Origin: Candidatus Saccharimonadota bacterium
GTDB taxonomy: Bacteria; Patescibacteriota; Saccharimonadia; Saccharimonadales; Saccharimonadaceae
Direction: 5' to 3'
NCBI GenBank assembly: GCA_017406985.1
Contig: JAFQXL010000004.1
Coordinates: 59,708-123,707, forward strand
Length of the DNA: 64,000 nucleotides
Positions 59,920-64,000 of the stretch are shown piece after piece. The position numbers were made by a program, and so were the translations under genes. How positions within the stretch are numbered: position 1 is the stretch's first letter; each line of letters opens with the position of its first letter. The notes beneath the pieces were generated by a model. It was not told the DNA's origin. It saw only the letters and a program-made list of their open reading frames with translations, and ran no database searches.

Positions 59920-60202
59920 CCTTTGGGCGTCTTAAAAAAATCCGTTCTAAAAAGGCCTTAAGACAGCGATGTTTTTTGTAACGACGAAGATATACCAGTT
60001 CTTCCGGCATTAAATCGCCTTTCTCGACATTACAGAATTCATGTGCGAGTTGATAATTCGCGAGGGTATTTTTTCCGCCACGGGTTAGCGGGATAATATG
60101 ATCAACAGTTACGTCGCGACAAGATTTAATTTTCTTGCCACAGATTCCGCAACGCCTTCCATATTGAAAGAGAAGCAAAAACTTCGCCTCTTGGGTTTTC
60201 AT
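59885..60202 (-). CDS. Stand-alone HNH endonuclease
   Basis: 'CGICG...VDHIIPLTRGG...NYQLAHEFCN'. Confidence 0.88.
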   Translation of the reverse strand: MKTQEAKFLLLFQYGRRCGICGKKIKSCRDVTVDHIIPLTRGGKNTLANYQLAHEFCNVEKGDLMPEELVYLRRYKKHRCLKAFLERIFLRRPKVIPPEFPSKNP

Positions 60203-60244
60203 TTTAATCCTTTCTTTTAATTTATAGTCAGGATTTTAGAGGCT

Positions 60245-60928
60245 TTATTTTCCGAAACGACGGTTTCTATTATTAAACTCTTCGATAACTTCGTCAAAAT
60301 CTTTTTCGGTAAAGTCCGGGAAGTATTTTTTAGGGAAAAGAAATTCAGAATAGCTAGCGCGCCAAAGCTGAAAACCAGAGATGCGTTCTTCCCCACTCGT
60401 TCGAACGATTAAGTCGCAGTTCGGAACTTCAGGATGATAAAGATATTGTGCGAAGACTTCCGGCGTGACTTCTTTAACGCCAGCCTCGATTAACTTTTTC
60501 GCGGCATCGGCGATTTCCCATTGTCCGCCATAGTTAAAGCAAACGACAACGGTTCCTCTTTTATTATCTTTAGTCGATTCTTCTAGGTCTTTTAGACTTT
60601 CTAAAATATCTTCCGGAGCCGGCTCGCTTCGTCCGAAGACGACACAACGGATATTCTCCTTAAGAAACTTTTTCTTTAGTCTCTTAATATTATGGCGGAG
60701 TAAGTCCATTAGATAACTTACTTCTTCTTCAGAGCGATTCCAGTTTTCGGTCGAAAAAAGATAGAACGAGACAAATTCACAACCTTGATCAATCGCGTAA
60801 GTCGCGATTTTTTCAACCTGATCAAAGCCCTTACGATGTCCCTCGAGCGTCGGAAGACCTTTTTCTCTCGCCCAACGGCGATTTCCGTCGACGATAAAGC
60901 CGATATGCTTTGGCATTTGATTATTCAT
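60245..60928 (-). CDS. uppS: Undecaprenyl diphosphate synthase
   Basis: 'HIGFIVDGNRRWA', 'FSTENWNRS', 'IVRTSGEERISGF'. Confidence 0.95.
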   Translation of the reverse strand: MNNQMPKHIGFIVDGNRRWAREKGLPTLEGHRKGFDQVEKIATYAIDQGCEFVSFYLFSTENWNRSEEEVSYLMDLLRHNIKRLKKKFLKENIRCVVFGRSEPAPEDILESLKDLEESTKDNKRGTVVVCFNYGGQWEIADAAKKLIEAGVKEVTPEVFAQYLYHPEVPNCDLIVRTSGEERISGFQLWRASYSEFLFPKKYFPDFTEKDFDEVIEEFNNRNRRFGK

Positions 60929-61008
60929 TGCTTATATTATATCATATTTCCGATTTTTTGGCGAGTTCTAGGGATTTATGATATACTAGAGAAAAGTAAA
61001 GGAGTTTT

Positions 61009-61536
61009 ATGGCACAAAAAGCAAACGATTTAGTTCAACGAACTTTAGTTCTCTGTAAGCCGGACGCGGTTCAACGCGGGATTGTTGGCGAGATTTTACA
61101 GAGATTTGAGCGAGTTGGGTTAAAAATCGTCGGAATCAAGATGGTTGCGCCGGACGCAGAGCTTTATGAAAAACATTACGAGGAAATCGGAAAACTAATT
61201 ACTCGCCGCGGCGAACAGACTTTCCGTTATAACCTTAACTACATGTTAACTGGTCCAGTTATCGCAATCTGTCTTGAAGGAATCGAAGCGGTCGAGCTTG
61301 TTCGTAAGATTGTTGGTCCGACCGAGCCAAAATCGGCGCCGATGGGAACAATCCGCGGAGACTATTCACACATGAGCTTTGGATATTCCGACGCGAAAGG
61401 TATCGGCGTTCCTAATCTTGTTCATGCGTCTGGTTCTGTCGACGAGGCGAAAGAAGAAGTTAAACTTTGGTTTACGCCGGAAGAGACATATGATTATGAA
61501 GATCTCTCTGAAAAATATACAAGGGGGAATTTCTAG
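61009..61536 (+). CDS. ndk: Nucleoside diphosphate kinase
   Basis: 'KPDAVQRG', 'GTIRGDY', 'NLVHAS'. Confidence 0.95.
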   Translation: MAQKANDLVQRTLVLCKPDAVQRGIVGEILQRFERVGLKIVGIKMVAPDAELYEKHYEEIGKLITRRGEQTFRYNLNYMLTGPVIAICLEGIEAVELVRKIVGPTEPKSAPMGTIRGDYSHMSFGYSDAKGIGVPNLVHASGSVDEAKEEVKLWFTPEETYDYEDLSEKYTRGNF

Positions 61537-62498
61537 TTAATTTTTTGAATTGGCATTGGGTGGAGATCGGTATCGCCATAAAGGATACCGTTTTTTGCGC
61601 CGAACTTTGAGACGACGGAAGTCGAGTTAGCGGAGCCGAAGATTAGCGCATCTTTAAAGCTTTTTCCGTTAGCTAGCGCTGCGAGGAAGCCAGAGCCAAA
61701 ACCATCTCCCGCGCCGGTCGTATCTCGAACCGGTAAGTCTTCATAAATCCCGAAACGATAAGTTTCTTCTCCATTAGTCGCGATAGCGCCCATCGCGCCA
61801 GTCGTAATAATAACAGTTTTAACGTAGTTTTTTAAATGAGAAAGTAGCTCTTCGAGGATTTTTCCAGGGACGATTTCCGCCGCTTCGACTTTATTCACGA
61901 GTAGGACATCGACATCTTCAAGCAGTCCGAGCAATTTCTTCTTTTCTTTTAGTTCGAGCTTCCCTGGATTAAACATAATTTTACAGCCGATTTCTTTTGC
62001 TTTCTCGAAGAATCGAAGGAGCGTGTCCATATCTCCGCGAAGCGACGTAACATAGAGCCAGTCCGGCTTAATTAAGTCGAGGTCGTCCTCGTTTAGATTA
62101 TCGAAACGCGCCGAAGCGCCGCGACAGGTCAAAATAGTACGCTCGCCGGATTTTGTGTCAAGAAGAATAACCGAAACGCCGGTTTTAATATTTTTAGGAT
62201 GGACAATATAGCTGGTGTCGATTCCCTCGTCGTCGAGCAGAGCTTCGACCGCTTGTCCCGCCGGATCGGTTCCGACGTTCCCGAGAAAGACAACTTCATG
62301 TCCAGAGCGTGCAAAAGTAACCGCGGAGTTAGTTCCGCCGCCACCAACTTCGAAAGAAATCTTATCAATATCGACTTTCGAGCCGACGTCGATTTGTCCT
62401 AATTTTTCGACATTTCCGACTTTAGAGCTAATAAAATCGTCATGGTCGATTAGATAAATGTCTTGAAGAGCGGAGCCGAGAGAAACAATTCTTGCCAT
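61533..62498 (-). CDS. PfkB-family carbohydrate kinase
   Basis: 'GGGGTNSA', 'DTTGAGDGF'. Confidence 0.92.
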   Translation of the reverse strand: MARIVSLGSALQDIYLIDHDDFISSKVGNVEKLGQIDVGSKVDIDKISFEVGGGGTNSAVTFARSGHEVVFLGNVGTDPAGQAVEALLDDEGIDTSYIVHPKNIKTGVSVILLDTKSGERTILTCRGASARFDNLNEDDLDLIKPDWLYVTSLRGDMDTLLRFFEKAKEIGCKIMFNPGKLELKEKKKLLGLLEDVDVLLVNKVEAAEIVPGKILEELLSHLKNYVKTVIITTGAMGAIATNGEETYRFGIYEDLPVRDTTGAGDGFGSGFLAALANGKSFKDALIFGSANSTSVVSKFGAKNGILYGDTDLHPMPIQKIN

Positions 62499-63175
62499 TA
62501 GATTAAAACTCCTCGCTGTGTCGCTTCTTCAGATAAATCTTCAAAAGCTTTTTTCGGATCTTCGGCCTTAATAATCGCCGAACCAACGTTTAAAATATTA
62601 ATGTCGGAATGAGCCAGAGCGCGAACATTCGTCATATCAACTCCGCCGTCCCAGCCAATCTCGACTTCCGGTTTTATCGCGCGGACAAGTTTAACTTTTT
62701 CAATCTGAAGTAAGTCCGCCTCGCCACCGTTTTTTCCGAGCGCACCGGCAAAAATCATAACGTGATCCGCCGCTTCGATATATTGTTTAACGTCGCCCGG
62801 ATAAGTTCTTTGGAGAAGAGCGACGCCGGCTTTAATTCCCGCCGCCTTAAGCTGATCGAAAAAAGGTAAAAGATTTTCGGTCGCTTCGGCGTGAAAAATA
62901 CAGAGATTCGGTTTTAATCTTAAGATATGTTGGATATGTTCGCTCGGGCGCGCCACCATCATATGCATATCGACTAAAATTCCCTGCGGGAGAGCAGTAA
63001 TCGCGGCTTCGGAAATCGTTGTTTGAGGAACAAAACTACCGTCGACAACATCGATTTGCATTCGTTTCGCGAAAGTCGGATAAAGCCCGATAAACTTTGT
63101 AAACTCCGTTGGATCGGAAGTAAGAAGAGTTGGCGAGATTATGACATCGCTTGGGTCGACAGCACTAAAATCCAT
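62498..63175 (-). CDS. rpe: Ribulose-phosphate 3-epimerase
   Basis: 'IDVVDGSFVP', 'DMHMMV', 'WDGGV', 'VGSAI'. Confidence 0.88.
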   Translation of the reverse strand: MDFSAVDPSDVIISPTLLTSDPTEFTKFIGLYPTFAKRMQIDVVDGSFVPQTTISEAAITALPQGILVDMHMMVARPSEHIQHILRLKPNLCIFHAEATENLLPFFDQLKAAGIKAGVALLQRTYPGDVKQYIEAADHVMIFAGALGKNGGEADLLQIEKVKLVRAIKPEVEIGWDGGVDMTNVRALAHSDINILNVGSAIIKAEDPKKAFEDLSEEATQRGVLI

Positions 63176-63183
63176 TTTCCTCC

Positions 63184-63645
63184 TTAATAAATATTATCCT
63201 CGTCAAGTCGAGCATTCCTTCTAATATAGCGCTCCTCCGGTAAAAATTCACACGATAAGAACATCGAAACGGAGCGGTCAATCGTTGTGTCGTCCATAAA
63301 ATCTGAAGACAGACATAAGACATTAGCGTCTTCGTGGAGGCGACCGATATGGACTAGCTCCGGAGTATAGCCACAGATAGCGCGGATACCTTTAAAGCGG
63401 TTAGCTTGAATCGAGATTCCGTGTGCGGAGCCACAGATTAAAATCCCGCGACTCCCCGGATTTTCTCGAACGTTTCTCGCCACATTTATCGCCGCGTCAT
63501 TAAAATCGTCTTCCGGCTTTAAAGTTGTCGGGCCGAGATCGATAATTTCATAAGCGCTTTTTAAATTAGAGCTACCGAGCTGAGCAAGTAAACGCTGTTT
63601 ATCGGCAAAGCCACGGTGATCCGAAGCGATAAAGAGGCGAGGCAT
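63184..63645 (-). CDS. rpiB: Ribose-5-phosphate isomerase B
   Basis: 'ASDHRG', 'ICGSAHG', 'ANRFKGIRA', 'DANVLCL'. Confidence 0.9.
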   Translation of the reverse strand: MPRLFIASDHRGFADKQRLLAQLGSSNLKSAYEIIDLGPTTLKPEDDFNDAAINVARNVRENPGSRGILICGSAHGISIQANRFKGIRAICGYTPELVHIGRLHEDANVLCLSSDFMDDTTIDRSVSMFLSCEFLPEERYIRRNARLDEDNIY

Positions 63646-64000
63646 TTATTTTCTCTTTCCAAAGTCGGCGGTAAGCTCGACGAGGCGGTTTGAATAACCC
63701 CACTCGTTATCATACCAAGCGACGACTTTAATTAAGTTTCCGCCGACGACGTCGGTCAAAGGTAAGTCGACAATACAAGAATGAGAGTTTCCTCGAAAGT
63801 CGCAAGAGACAAGCTCTTCGTTCGTAACGGCGAGAATCCCCTCATAATAAGGCTCTTTCGCGGCTTTTTCGAAGATTTTATTAATTTCTTCTTTTGTTAC
63901 GTCTTTTTTCACGACGGCAGTAATATCAGATAACGAGACAACCGGAGTCGGGACGCGAACCGATAGACCGTTAAACTTATCTTTAAGGCTCGGGATAGTT
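63646..64000 (-). CDS. gap: Glyceraldehyde-3-phosphate dehydrogenase, 3' part (enters from window edge)
   Basis: 'GLSVRVPTPVVS', 'KVVAWYDNEWGYSNR'. Confidence 0.95.
   Translation of the reverse strand, partial: TIPSLKDKFNGLSVRVPTPVVSLSDITAVVKKDVTKEEINKIFEKAAKEPYYEGILAVTNEELVSCDFRGNSHSCIVDLPLTDVVGGNLIKVVAWYDNEWGYSNRLVELTADFGKRK

Overview
Chromosomal window from a Patescibacteria (CPR) bacterium, most consistent with Candidatus Saccharibacteria using the standard genetic code. This is inferred from the Cys-free RpoC zinc sites, the L32/S12 signatures and the gene blocks khpA-rpsP, rnc-NUDIX-nusB-rpmF and gap-rpiB-rpe-pfkB. Core content: S10/spc block (rplC to rpsH), rpoBC, rpsL-rpsG, leuS, ftsK, rarA, queA-tgt-tsaC, uppS, ndk and 4 tRNAs. 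Accessory content includes Firmicutes/Bacteroidota-like genes (CpsC/CpsD, GH97, SLH protein, cls, a glycosylation cluster, MMPL+TetR). The standout is a complete diversity-generating retroelement (DGR) with unusual architecture. The target (1640-3343, Fib_succ_major/CLec-type) carries VR 3139-3383. It is followed by an apparent MutS-domain-I/Avd fusion and the RT. The 245-bp template repeat (5451-5695) is INVERTED, on the opposite strand, apparently in its own convergent transcription unit; 22 of 24 TR/VR mismatches are at TR adenines. Other candidates: a pseudoknotted leader upstream of the DGR target, a type I toxin-antitoxin-like sORF/antisense pair, two orphan promoter-to-terminator RNAs, a two-copy covarying structured element, an orphan gene flanked by 15-bp inverted repeats, and an L32 with a metallothionein-like tail. 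All alignments and folds were done by eye; no database searches were run.
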